Shown in pieces: positions 8,846-19,355 of a stretch of DNA of 23,754 nucleotides. This DNA is from Tubiluchus corallicola (Eukaryota > Animalia > Priapulida). The position numbers and the translations under genes are program-made. The notes below the pieces were generated by a model, which was not told the DNA's origin, did no database searches, and worked only from the letters and a program-made list of their open reading frames with translations. Location of the stretch: the NCBI GenBank assembly GCA_030141605.1, contig JAQGDQ010001835.1:1-23754 (forward strand), read 5' to 3'. Within the stretch, counting starts at the first letter, position 1. Each line of letters starts with the position of its first letter.

Positions 8846-9388
8846 CTCTCTGTCACTTTGGTTACATTCTACATGTGACATAGGCATTACTATCTAACTG
8901 TTAGCCTCCGCCCAATTTGGGCTTCCCTGCTGTTACATTACCACCTTAAGCTGATGAGTCTGTTGCTATGAAACTTCTTTACTGTTTTCAATAAAATAGT
9001 TTAGTTTGCTTAAATCTGTGCAGTTTAATGTTTTCTACCAGTGATCTCACAAACAGTATTGCTGTGGTCACTCGACACTAATGACTGAATATTAGGGTGC
9101 AGTATACGTGATGCACACACATCTCTCCATAAAAGACACATAATTGAAACTCTGGCACAATTAATATATGCCCGAGCATGTACATAAGATTCGTGTCAAA
9201 ACAACTTATTGTCTGCTTCAACGCCAAGTTTTTTAATAGTATTTCAGTAGTACTCGGCATTCTGCAAAACGTTTAACTTTCAGCTAATTAAGGCGAAGAT
9301 TAAGCCACAATGATACGTTCTATAGTTTTATAACTAAATTGAATTATTAATATTATTAATACAAGAGGCTAAAAAGGCCCAAAGCTAC

Positions 9389-9641
9389 CTGGTGCGCCAG
9401 AAGGCGATTGTCCTTGCGACCGTCGCGACTGTATCAGAACAACATCGTTCTCCTTCACTCCGTAGGATGCCAACGTTTTCTTGCTTTGATCTAGGACTTT
9501 GCCTTCATGGACAACCACAATATTTGGCGCTGGAATACCGCACTCGAATTCACACAAAGCCTTGAAATTTTCCACTTCCAAATCCCCGCTAACATCCATA
9601 GAATAGATTTCGTCAGAATCTGTCGTTATTGTTAGCTTCAT
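9389..9641 (-). CDS. DDI1: DDI1/DDI2 homolog, coding exon 1 (ubiquitin-like domain)
   Basis: ATG at 9641; MKLTITTDSDEIYSMDVSGDLEVENFKALCEFECGIPAPNIVVVHEGKVLDQSKKTLASYGVKENDVVLI resembles the Ddi1 UBL domain; donor CAG|GTAGCT; 253 nt, ends in phase 1, matching exon 2. Confidence 0.92.
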
Positions 9642-9756
9642 TTTTATTTATACGTGTTGTTGAGGAGGCCAAGCAATAATAAATTTAAACCAAAACGGAC
9701 ACGACGAATGACTGAAACTAACGCAACTGAAAACCAGTAGCATTCAGTCGACTGTT

Positions 9757-9769
9757 CTGCCATCTAGTG
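9757..9769 (-). promoter_or_regulatory. CTCF-like motif 116 bp upstream of the DDI1 start codon
   Basis: Minus strand CACTAGATGGCAG resembles the CTCF core consensus; motif match only. Confidence 0.35.
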
Positions 9770-10361
9770 TCAAATTTAGTAACGCCCAAAAACAAACTTT
9801 TACTTTTTTCAACGCCCCTCACACTAGTACAAGCGCCGAATAAAGTGGTTGTCAACTTACCATGTGTTCCGACACTTCTTCCACGACAAAGATGCTATTT
9901 ATCAGATTTAAAAACTAATAATTATGGTCACCAGCTTTCTCCAGAAGCACCGTCAAGCGATCTGCCTCTTTGTATGCTGTGTTTCTGTATAGATTAATTT
10001 TTGACCGTTTGTCTATCTGTCTCACTATTTGTCTCTGTCTGCCTCGCTGTGTAATTTTAGCTAAATTTATGGAGTCAACAAGACTGATATCTATAGGTCA
10101 GCAACTGTTATAAGCAGTTAAAGCTTTTCCAAAAACGATTATAATACTAAAGCAAGATAAAAAAAATGCATAAAGGCTTGTCTAGAGGTCAAAACTCTAT
10201 CAGTTCTCTTAAAAATTTACGTCATATGTAGCATATGTCTTCATAATAATATATAATAACAATAATATGTAATAATATCACATTATTACACAATTTTATT
10301 ACGTAATAATATATAATATCTTCAATGATAAGAATAATGCTATTTTTTTTTGTTTAACCAG

Positions 10362-11017
10362 CCATACATTGCCAGCTAGGAGCACCGTGACAAAGGGTCT
10401 TGCAGAATTTGTAAAAGTGGGCAAAACTAAGTTCATTTCATTTTGAAAACCTGTATTAATCAGAATGGTGGCAAAGCTGTAACAACTGATATGTGGACAG
10501 ACTCTTATAACAGTCTGAATTAAGCTTCACTGACAGTGCACAAAATAGTAAACAGTACAGCATATTCTAGACAATCTGATAGCTACCAATGAGGCTAAAA
10601 CAGCAGAAAATATATACAGAGATTTCCAGAAAAATTTGGAGACCATGTGTTTTGAAAACAAGACAGTTCTAGAGCGATTTGTGTTTGTTTTTGATGAACA
10701 ATCAAATAGCAAAGCAGCGCTGAGAAATCACATCGGGTTACCATGTGCAGATCACACATCAGCTACCACTAATCAGCACACATCATCGTTATCGATGCAA
10801 GAAGATGAGGACCTTTCTCAGCCTCCATTAAGGCTTGCAAGCAGCTTTCCTAAAGAAAAGTGGCAACAATGTGAACTTATCAAAAACCGTTAAACAGCAA
10901 AATGACACGAGGCGGAATTCGATGTCCAACATGCTTGAGTCAGTGCTACACGTGTTCGGTAAAATATAAGAACTACTGGAGGACAATAGCCTTCTGCAAA
11001 AATTGAAGCATTTCACT
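10362..11017 (+). mobile_element. Decayed hAT (hobo/Hermes-like) transposase fragment
   Basis: Motifs in correct order across shifting frames: LPARSTV, AVTTDMWTD (first catalytic D), SLTVH, KTAENIY, FVFVFD (second D), CADH (CxxH), FLKKSG, TRRNS (for TRWNS), MLESVL; in-frame stops and frameshifts present. Confidence 0.82.
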
Positions 11018-11565
11018 GCGCTGTTTGTTCATCTATGTTCTATGAGGTTCCACGGGTTCTATGTTTTGTCATTCTGGGCCTACTGCAATGTTATCTAAGT
11101 TTGTTCCAAACGAATTACTGCCGAAATTTCTGCACCTAACGGTCATTGCTGGAATTTTAAGTTACAAGTTTTACACAACGTTACTGCTGACGCAAGCTTT
11201 GTATGCAGTAAGACAGCTTTGTAAGTGATACAAAATTTCGAGACAAATTTTTCTAGCTTTGTTGTAGAATTATGTTTGCTTGTCCTTTAAATTACCCTTC
11301 TGTCAATTGCAAGAATTACACATAAGAAAGTGCAATAATATGTAATTTCAAATGAATTAAATATCTACCTCTTGATGAAAATGTTTTATAAAGATGCAAT
11401 TACCTGTATTAATAGCCATTTCTAATGACCATTTTAGACATGTATTTTTGATTTAAATTGTCTACTGTTGCTGTTATCTAAAAATAGATCTATTGTGAAT
11501 AATGTACCAAGGTTCCAAATTAGGTAATAACTTGTTTTATAAATCTATCTATGTTAGCTCCTTAA

Positions 11566-12176
11566 GGCCCGTGTCAGACAGAACTGAACGCAAGGCACAA
11601 GCTTTGAGAAAAAGCTTCCCCACGAAAACTGAAAGGTCCTTGTCACACAGATAATCCATTTGTCGTCTTCCGTAATCCGTCAGCCGTAATCCGCGCTGGG
11701 TCCTCACAAGCCAGCAGTTTTGAGCAATTCATAAGGCGCTTATTGCGAAATGAATTTGGCGATTAGTTTTATTTGCAATGAGGCGTTTTAGTTCATTGCT
11801 TAACGCAGTAATTAACGTGTTTGCGGTTCTTACATTGCACAATTTATCTATGTCATAAGCATTCGTAACAGAATGTTCTCATAAACATTAAAAAGTAATT
11901 TTTAATCACAATATTTGACCAGTTCTGCAATTATGTGCAAATATGTGCATTGCCGAAACGGGTTATAACAAAACGCCTTTCTAGTTACGCAGAGTAAGGA
12001 GCATACTGCGGATTATCATACAATCCTTCTTGAAGATGGAAGACGTCACATGGATTACGGATTAACGGCGGAGCATACTGCGGATTATCATACAATCCTT
12101 CTTGAAGATGGAAGACGTCGTATGGATTACGGATTAACGGCTTGCTCCTTGCGTATTTCTCTGTATGACACTGGCC
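11566..12176. mobile_element. PIF/Harbinger-type MITE, 611 bp
   Basis: 17-bp TIR GGCCCGTGTCAGACAGA / GGCCAGTGTCATACAGA (2 mismatches); TAA TSD at 11563-11565 and 12177-12179; inverted subterminal ccgtaatccg/cggattacgg-type motifs; internal ~73-bp tandem duplication at 11998-12141. Confidence 0.75.
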
Positions 12177-13448
12177 TAACTCATGCCATTTAGGTAAGAC
12201 ATCGCAAACTGAAACTAAAGTTACAAGACCGTGAAACTTCCATTCACAAAAATTCTCAAATCACGTCTCATGATAAGACAGTGGGAATAAAATAGCTACT
12301 CAATATCCGGAAAATACAGTAACAGAATTAATATAGCTATAGTTATTCTATTACTATAAGATACAGGTAACAAATATGTACAATTTCTAATAATCATGTC
12401 AAGTGAACAACTGCAATCATTTACAGGGGAAGAAAAGACGATCTTAAAGCATATCCAAAAAACTTTACATACAAAGTTACTTTACAGCATTACACCTACC
12501 TGTATGTATCGAAACATTTTAGTAATTTAAAATGTTTGCACCACCTGCTAAACAGCATCGCTATCCCAGCGTGCATCACTGATTCACCAAAAAATGTATC
12601 TTTTAATGTTACTGGCAATATAAAGTAATTCAACCTTTTGCTTATAGTTAGCCAAGAGTGCGCTATGAATGCTCTGATTATTTTTTTCAAACTTTATGCA
12701 ATGTTATCTAAACTTCCTTTAAACGATTCGGCATTAAAATGGCTGCACCTAGCGGTCATCGCAAGCATTTGAAGTTTTATAGCTTTATGTAGGTAAGTTG
12801 TAAACTTGTGCTGCCACCTGTTTGCTAGATCGTAAATCTTTATTGTTGAATGAGGAGACTAACAACAGATGGCAGCACCAGTAAGAAATTCTCCAATAGC
12901 TAATCTGCCATAACCTGTGAAAATTGAAATTTTTGTATTGAGATTTTTCGTTCATGTCATTTTTAAAACTAACAAGCATTTGAAGTTTCATAGCTTTATG
13001 TAGATAAACGATTTTCTTGTGCTTTTTACATTTTCACTAATAAGAATGATTTATAAATTAAAACATCTCTGTGAATAATATCCACAATAAAAGCTTTCAC
13101 TAAAACAACATTATAATATATAAGCTTAACAATCCATACATTAGCTAGAATGATCAGAAAACAACAACGCTACTACTTATAGTCTACCGTTGCTTCTTTA
13201 TCATAATTATATACAAAACAGTTACGTGTAAATGATTGACAATTTCTTTATCTTAGCTACAAATCTTTATCACATTGTACAATCCAACAATAAAATTTGA
13301 TATTAAACACGTCGTTAATAGTCACCGAAGCAGATAAACCACAAATTATACTTTTTTCTTTGCTTTTTACGTTGACTTGTGAGAACTTATGATATTAACT
13401 TAATGTATTTTAGTGTCGCTGTTCAATATTGGATACATAGTTGTAATC

Positions 13449-13778
13449 TTCATGGGAGAACACAAGTGGTTCGACATAATAATGAAATTTCAAATGAAGC
13501 TTCTATAACCCATGGGGTACCACAAGGCTCAATCTTAGGTCCATTGCTATTTTTAATACATATAAATCCAAATCTGTTCTGTTCCAGTTTGCAGACGATA
13601 CGAGCATATTCTTTGAATTAAACAAGGCTGATAATTTAATGTATATCAACCGTGAGTTACGAAAATATTGCTATTTGGTTCAAAACGAGTAAGTTGTCAT
13701 TAAATTCTACACAAACTAAATCTATCATTTTTAGTGTAAGACACAAGAAAATTCCAATTAATAATGACGAACAAGAAC
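13449..13778 (+). mobile_element. Non-LTR retrotransposon (CR1/L2/Jockey-group-like) reverse transcriptase fragment
   Basis: RTQVV...GVPQGSILGPLLFLIHIN, then after a frameshift FADDTSI, then after another frameshift WFKTSKLSLNSTQTKSIIF. Confidence 0.85.
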
Positions 13779-13974
13779 ATTTGATATTAAACACGTCGTA
13801 AATGATCACTGATGCAGATGAAACACAAATGATACTTTTTTCTTGCTTTTTAAGTTTCACTTGCGAGAAATTATGATATTAATTTAATGTATTTTAGTGT
13901 CGCTATTTAATATTGGATACATAGTTGTAATCATAATTACAAAAACCAGTAGAGGAATACTAGATTACAATCTT

Positions 13975-14033
13975 GGAGTTGAACCTGCGGCCATCCGATT
14001 GCAGTAATCTAACAACAGCACTTGACTAAGCTA
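13975..14033 (-). mobile_element. Possible tRNA-derived SINE fragment downstream of the cys2-like stop codon
   Basis: Minus strand reads A-box-like tagcttagtc and B-box-like GGTTCAACTCC. Confidence 0.3.
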
Positions 14034-14086
14034 CTCGAATTCGAGACGTGGTTGATTACGATTCTCTCTGATGAAGATTCCTGGGG

Positions 14087-14158
14087 TTAGTTGAAAACTT
14101 TCTCCTTTTTGTGTTTGCTGGCACTCCCTTTTACGCTAAGATCCGTCTCCAGGAAACC
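14087..14158 (-). CDS. cys2: Cys2/MetX-like acyltransferase, terminal coding exon
   Basis: Acceptor atttttcctag; GFLETDLSVKGSASKHKKEKVFN then TAA at 14089-14087; phase 0 matches. The seven exons total 819 nt in one open frame. Confidence 0.82.
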   Translation of the reverse strand, partial: GFLETDLSVKGSASKHKKEKVFN

Positions 14159-14339
14159 CTAGGAAAAATATTTTGAAATAAAAGAGCAATTCTTTCTTCG
14201 GCTACAAAATCGGGCCACAGATGGCAACACAGACAATAGTTGTAAACTTGTGCTGCCACCTGTTTGCTCGATCATAAATCTTTATTGTTGAATGAGGAGA
14301 CTAACAACAGATGGTGCACTAAATTTTTGAAAGCTTAAG

Positions 14340-14926
14340 TTTTTGTACTGAGATTTTCATTGAACGTTAATGAGAAGACTAACAACAGATGGCAGCACCA
14401 GTAAGAAATTCCCCAATAGCTAATCTGTCATAACATGTGAAAGTTGAAATTTTTGTACTGAGATTTTGTTGTTCATATCATTTCTAAGACTAACAACAGG
14501 TGGCAGCACCAGTAAGCAATTCCCCAATAGCTAATCTGCCATAACATGTGAAAGTTGAAATTTTTGTACTGAGATTTTGTTGTTCATATCTTTTTAAGAC
14601 TAACAACAGGTGGCAGCACCAGTAAGCAATACCCCAATAGCTAATCTGCCATAACATGTGAAAGTTGAAATTTTTGTACCGAGATTTTGTTGTTCATATC
14701 TTTTTAAGACTAACAACAGATGGCAGCACCAGTAAGCAATTCCCCAATAGCTAATCTGTCATAACATGTGAAAATTGAAATTTTTGTACTGAGATTGTTT
14801 GTTCATATCATTTTTAAGACTAACAACAGGTGGCAGCACCAGTAAGCAATTCCCCAATAGCTAATCTGCCATAACATGTGAAAATTGAAATTTTTGTACT
14901 GAGATTTTTTTGTTCATGTCATTTTT
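14340..14926. repeat. 110-bp tandem array, ~5 copies, in the last cys2-like intron
   Basis: gactaacaacagRtggcagcacc recurs at 14377, 14488, 14598, 14708, 14818. Confidence 0.93.
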
Positions 14927-15082
14927 CTGTGCAGAGAAACAAAATTTTTTTATAATTGCAGGGCCATCTGGTGACGCCAAGAAGAAACAATTTCACAGCC
15001 ATTTATTAAACAGCGCCACTTTTTTTCAAAGAACTAGCAAGCTAAAAAGAATGGAAATTGTAAACAGTTTCTAGTGGCTTAC

Positions 15083-15174
15083 TTTAATGGCAGCTCCAAC
15101 ACCGTTCAGATCAAGCAGAAACGTGTCATGACCAAATATGGAATTGAGTTCGTAATAAGTCACGGCTTGATTTC
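15083..15174 (-). CDS. cys2: Cys2/MetX-like acyltransferase exon with catalytic His
   Basis: Acceptor tttttattacag, donor AAA|GTAAGC; GNQAVTYYELNSIFGHDTFLLDLNGVGAAIK (GHDxFL motif); 92 nt, phase 1 to 0. Confidence 0.92.
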
Positions 15175-15261
15175 CTGTAATAAAAAATGGACATCGGTCA
15201 TCAAAATTGATTTCCTGTAATAAAAATGAACACATTTGTCTTAAACTGATAAGTCTTCAAT

Positions 15262-16311
15262 CAGTCCACTGAAAAGTTTAAAGTGAGTTCACTCTCGCAT
15301 GGCTGCTTCAGGCTACTACAGATGGCGCTGGCATGCATGCAGCAGGCCACTGAAAGGTTTAAAGTGAGTTCACTCGTGCATGGTTGCTTCAGACTACTAC
15401 AGATGGCGCTGGCATGCATGCAGCAGCCCACTGAAAGGTTTAAAGTGAGTTCACTCTCGCATGGCTACTTCAGGCTACTACAGATGGCACTGGCATGCAT
15501 GCAGCAGTCCACCGAAAGGTTTAAAGTGAGTTCACTCTCGCATGGCTGCTTCAGACTACTACAGATGGCGCTGGCATGCATGCAGCAGTCCACTGAAAGG
15601 TTTAAAGTGAGTTCACTCTCGCATGGCTGCTTCAGACTACTACAGATGGCGCTGGCATGCATGTAGCAGTCCGCTGAAAGGTTTAAAGTGAGTTCATTCT
15701 CGCATGGCTGCTTCAGACTACTACAGATGGCGCTGGCATGCATGTAGCAGTCCACTGAAAGGTTTAAAGTGAGTTCACTCTCGCATGGCTGCTTCAAGCT
15801 ACTACAGATGGCACTGGCATACATGCAGCAGTCCACTGAAAGGTTTAAAGTGAGTTCACTCTCGCATGGCTGCTTCAGGCTACTACAGGTGGCACTGACA
15901 TGCATGCAGCAGTCCACTGAAAGGTTTAAAGTGAGTTCACTCTCGCATGGCTGCTTTAGGCTACTACAGATGGCGCTGGCATGCATGCAGCAGTCCACTG
16001 AAAGGTTTAAAGTGAGTTCACTCTCGCATGGCTGCTTTAGGCTACTACAGATGGCACTGGCATGCATGCAGCAGTCCACTGAAAGGTGTAAAGTGAGGTC
16101 ACTCTCGCATGGCTACTTCAGACTGCTACAGATGGCGCTGCTAGCAAGCATGCAGCAGTCCACTGAAAGGTTTAAAGTGAGTTCACTCTCACATGGCTGC
16201 TTCAGACTGCTACAGATGGCGCTGCTAGCAAGCATGCAGCAGTCCACTGAAAGGTTTAAAGTGAGTTCACTCTCACATGGCTGTTTCAGACTACTACAGA
16301 TGGCGCTGGCA
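15262..16311. repeat. 78-bp tandem array, ~13 copies, filling most of a cys2-like intron
   Basis: Reverse complement of 1256-2305 with the same order of variant units; starts 26 nt after the donor site. Confidence 0.97.
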
Positions 16312-16337
16312 CACAATGACTCTCTCATTCCACGTAC

Positions 16338-16491
16338 CGCACTCTTGGAGAACCCTGGCGATCTCTCTCTGCTGCCATATTGGAAACAAAATGTCGCTCT
16401 GCACGCCCAGGACCATGACTGGACACTTGATGCGAGACAGTCCCGTGTGCAACGAGCCGTAGTCTTCAGCAACATCAAACAAGTCCATGGC
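16338..16491 (-). CDS. cys2: Cys2/MetX-like acyltransferase exon with catalytic Asp
   Basis: Acceptor ttttttcag, donor G|GTACGT; [51 protein letters not shown] (SDxLFP motif); 154 nt, phase 0 to 1. Confidence 0.92.
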
Positions 16492-16533
16492 CTGAAAAAA
16501 CAACGGAAAACGTCATGAGCATAAAGAAAGTTA

Positions 16534-16780
16534 ACACAGTTACATGGCAGTATTCGGGCTTTGCTTAGTTACCTACTTACTGACTTACTGACTGACTTAC
16601 ACAGTTACATGGCAGTATTCAGGCTTTGCCTATTTACCTACTTACTGACTTACTGACTGACTTACATGGCAGTATTCAGGCTTTGCTTATTTACCTACTT
16701 ACTGACTGACTTACACAGTTACATGGCAGTATTCAGGCTTTGCTTATTTACCTACTTACTGACTTACTGACTGACATACA
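16534..16780. repeat. ~57-65-bp minisatellite, ~4 copies; first two copies duplicated at 894-1033
   Basis: ttacatggcagtattcaggctttgc...cttactgact recurs four times. Confidence 0.88.
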
Positions 16781-16880
16781 TCATGTACAACAGATGTAAA
16801 AAGAACATTATCTGGAAATTTGGTTTTTGAATACTACAGTCCTTCCAAATAGGTAAGAGGCCAGAGTGGGCACTTAGCAA

Positions 16881-16930
16881 CCGAAGTTAACTGGCGCTAA
16901 GTCTGGCCAGTAACCGGATAGGTGACCACG
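16881..16930 (+). mobile_element. Possible 5S-rRNA-derived fragment (SINE-like or pseudogene)
   Basis: ccgaagttaa...ctggccagtaaccggataggtgacc resembles the 5S internal control region (gaagttaagc...ctggttagtacttggatgggtgacc); partial and diverged. Confidence 0.4.
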
Positions 16931-17423
16931 ATGAGAAATGTCTCTCGGCAGTTTCATCTGTTATATTTCTACTTGTTGTACTAAATTTATCTTGTTGTAC
17001 ATGCAACAAAAACCTGAGAAAAACACCACTGCAGTTACAGTGTCTCTAGGATTACACTAGATACTGGTCCTGCCACCAGCATCTACGTTAAGTACATCGT
17101 GCCACTGACGGGCAGGTCCTAGCATGTGGTGTACTCAAGTACATTAAAAACAGAATAAGGCTGCAAGTTTCATCAACTGATACAAAGAATTTCATGTAGA
17201 ACTGCTCTGACTCAGGTGTTGGTCAGGTGCTATTGCTCAGGTGCAATGCACACGGACAGAAAAACACAAAACAGTGTGTGCAGGACGTTCGTTCCTCGTG
17301 TGCATTCAGTACAGAAAAACGCGAAACGTTTTGCAGAACAAGTGGAAGAAAATTCGCTTGATGTTTTCCATTTTTCACCATCCTTGTGAACCAGGCTTAA
17401 CACGTGATCAGATGCAATTTAAG

Positions 17424-17583
17424 TCTTACCTTTGAAATGTACAGGAGAGAATTGGGATCAAATTTCGTACAGAAACTTTCTCCCTGATAATCCAGGTAAT
17501 TCTCTTACCTTTGAAATGTACAGGAGAGAGTTGGGATCAAATTTCATGCAGAAACTCTCTCCCTGATAATCCAGGTAATTCTC
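17424..17583. repeat. 79-bp tandem duplication spanning a cys2-like exon donor
   Basis: The last 75 nt of the exon plus GTAA are repeated; second AAG|GTAAGA at 17430/17429. Confidence 0.93.
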
Positions 17584-17692
17584 TATCATGAAGTTCGGGC
17601 AGAGACTCGGAGCTGCCAACTGATCGATTCTCTTCCGGCCGAACCTCTGCTCCCATTCCGGACCACTCCTGTACGTTATCGTCGCGATTTCC
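17509..17692 (-). CDS. cys2: Cys2/MetX-like acyltransferase exon
   Basis: Acceptor gttacag, donor AAG|GTAAGA; [61 protein letters not shown]; the TYRSGPEW and [10 protein letters not shown] segments resemble fungal Cys2/CysA; 184 nt, phase 2 to 0. Confidence 0.92.
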
Positions 17693-17801
17693 CTGTAACG
17701 AACGAATATAGTCGTGAGAAGCTTTCGAAGAGCTGGTTTGAAAAGTTGTGCAACAGCAGCTTTGGGGAGTAGATGGATGGAGGACTAACAACTAGTGTAA
17801 T

Positions 17802-17804
<3 letters not shown>

Positions 17805-17843
<39 letters not shown>

Positions 17844-17853
17844 AGAGAGAGAG
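17805..17853. repeat. (GA)n microsatellite
   Basis: Direct observation. Confidence 0.9.
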
Positions 17854-18337
17854 AAGGCAGTAAAGTTACACATTACTGTTCGAAAGTGAAGCCCAAGAAG
17901 CCATATCACTTCATGTTCATGTCCAGCATTGCGGCTTTTGTTTTGACTAACATACCTTGTCAAACCCATCAACTGACCACAGCTATACCTCCCATTTTTA
18001 AGCTCTAAACCTAATCAGCAAAAAATGTGAAAAAGGAGGTGGGGTATTCAAAAAAAACTGAACACGAACTTTAGGGAAGGAATTGGTCAACAGTAGCCAA
18101 CCAGAACCTACAGGTGAAAAACTCATCAGAAAATAATAACAAAAAAAGCCAAACAGCAATTGATATTTAGATTGAGAATAAGGAGCCTGAGTCTTCAAAG
18201 TCCATATCAGGCCTGGAATACAGATACAAAAGAAGACTGTTTATGAAGATGGATAACTCATCGTCTAAATTATTTTAGTCCTTGTCAGCCAATCAGACGT
18301 CCCGTAACTGAGAATCAGACGATAATTATATCCGCAC

Positions 18338-18487
18338 CTGGCTAGTTTCATTCCAGTTCTGGGATACTTCCCGTCGTAGTAATTGCCCCGGTTCCAGTTT
18401 GGATCCGACATGATGGTCCGTCGCTGCAGGTACCTCATGGCGATGGACGACGGGTGCGATTGTGCGCAGGATGATATGGTTACCACG
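18338..18487 (-). CDS. cys2: Cys2/MetX-like acyltransferase exon
   Basis: Acceptor ttattacag, donor AG|GTGCGG; [50 protein letters not shown]; 150 nt, phase 2 to 2. Confidence 0.92.
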
Positions 18488-18611
18488 CTGTAATAAAATG
18501 AGAAACCGTAATCATAACAGCTGTGCTTTGAAAGTGCGAAATGTTTTACTTGTGATATGCTGCAAACCTTTCATAAATTCTTGTGTGAAACTATGCTTCA
18601 CTCAGACTTCA

Positions 18612-19355
18612 GACAAAAGACACATTTGAATTACACATGAAAGACACATTGAAAGACACATTTGAAATAGTCATGAAAGAGATATTGAAAGCTGACAACA
18701 ATAATTGTGGAAGTCAACACAAAAGACACAATGGACTTAGACATGAAGGGCACTTTGGAAACCAAGGCACATTGGAAGTTGACGCAAAAGACACATTCGA
18801 ATTAGTCACGAAAGACACATAGGAAGTCGACACAAAAGACACATAGGAAGTTGACGCAAAAGACACATTCGAATTAGTCACAAAAGACACATAGGAAGTC
18901 GACACAAAACACACATAGGAAGTCGACGCAAAAGACACATTCGAATTAGTCACGAAAGACACATAGGAAGTCGACACAAAAGACACATAGGAAGTCGACA
19001 CAAAAGACACATAGGAAGTCGACACAAAAGACACATAGGAATTCAACAGAGAAGACACATAGGAAGTCGACACAAAAGACACATAGGAATTCAACAGAGA
19101 AGACACATAGGAAGTCGACACAAAAGACACATAGGAAGTCGACACAAAAGACACATAGGAAGTCGACACAAAAGACACATAGGAATTCAACAGAGAAGAC
19201 ACATAGGAAGTCGACACAAAAGACACATAGGAATTCAACAGAGAAGACACATAGGAAGTCGACACAAAAGACACATTGGAAATCAACACACATGACACAT
19301 TAGAATTCGACATGAAAGACACGTTAGAATTCGACATGAAAGACACGTTGGAAGT
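18612..19355. repeat. 24-bp minisatellite, ~30 copies, with variant units
   Basis: Unit gaagtcgacacaaaagacacatag; variants gaattcaacagagaagac and ttcgaattagtcac; 8-aa periodicity in the ORF track; degenerate at both edges. Confidence 0.93.

Noticed and set aside
12481-12502. Alternative terminal exon for the cys2-like gene (cag|GTAGGTGTAATGCTGTAA on minus)
   Set aside because: Poor pyrimidine tract and no family similarity; 14087-14158 (GFLE...) is closer and fits better.
16881-16930. 5S rRNA gene
   Set aside because: Only ~50 bp of diverged similarity, far short of a ~120-nt gene; kept as a low-confidence derived fragment.
18637-19346. 210-aa VSFVSTSY and 115-aa FCVDFLCV repeat ORFs
   Set aside because: Translations of a 24-bp intronic minisatellite between two well-phased exons.
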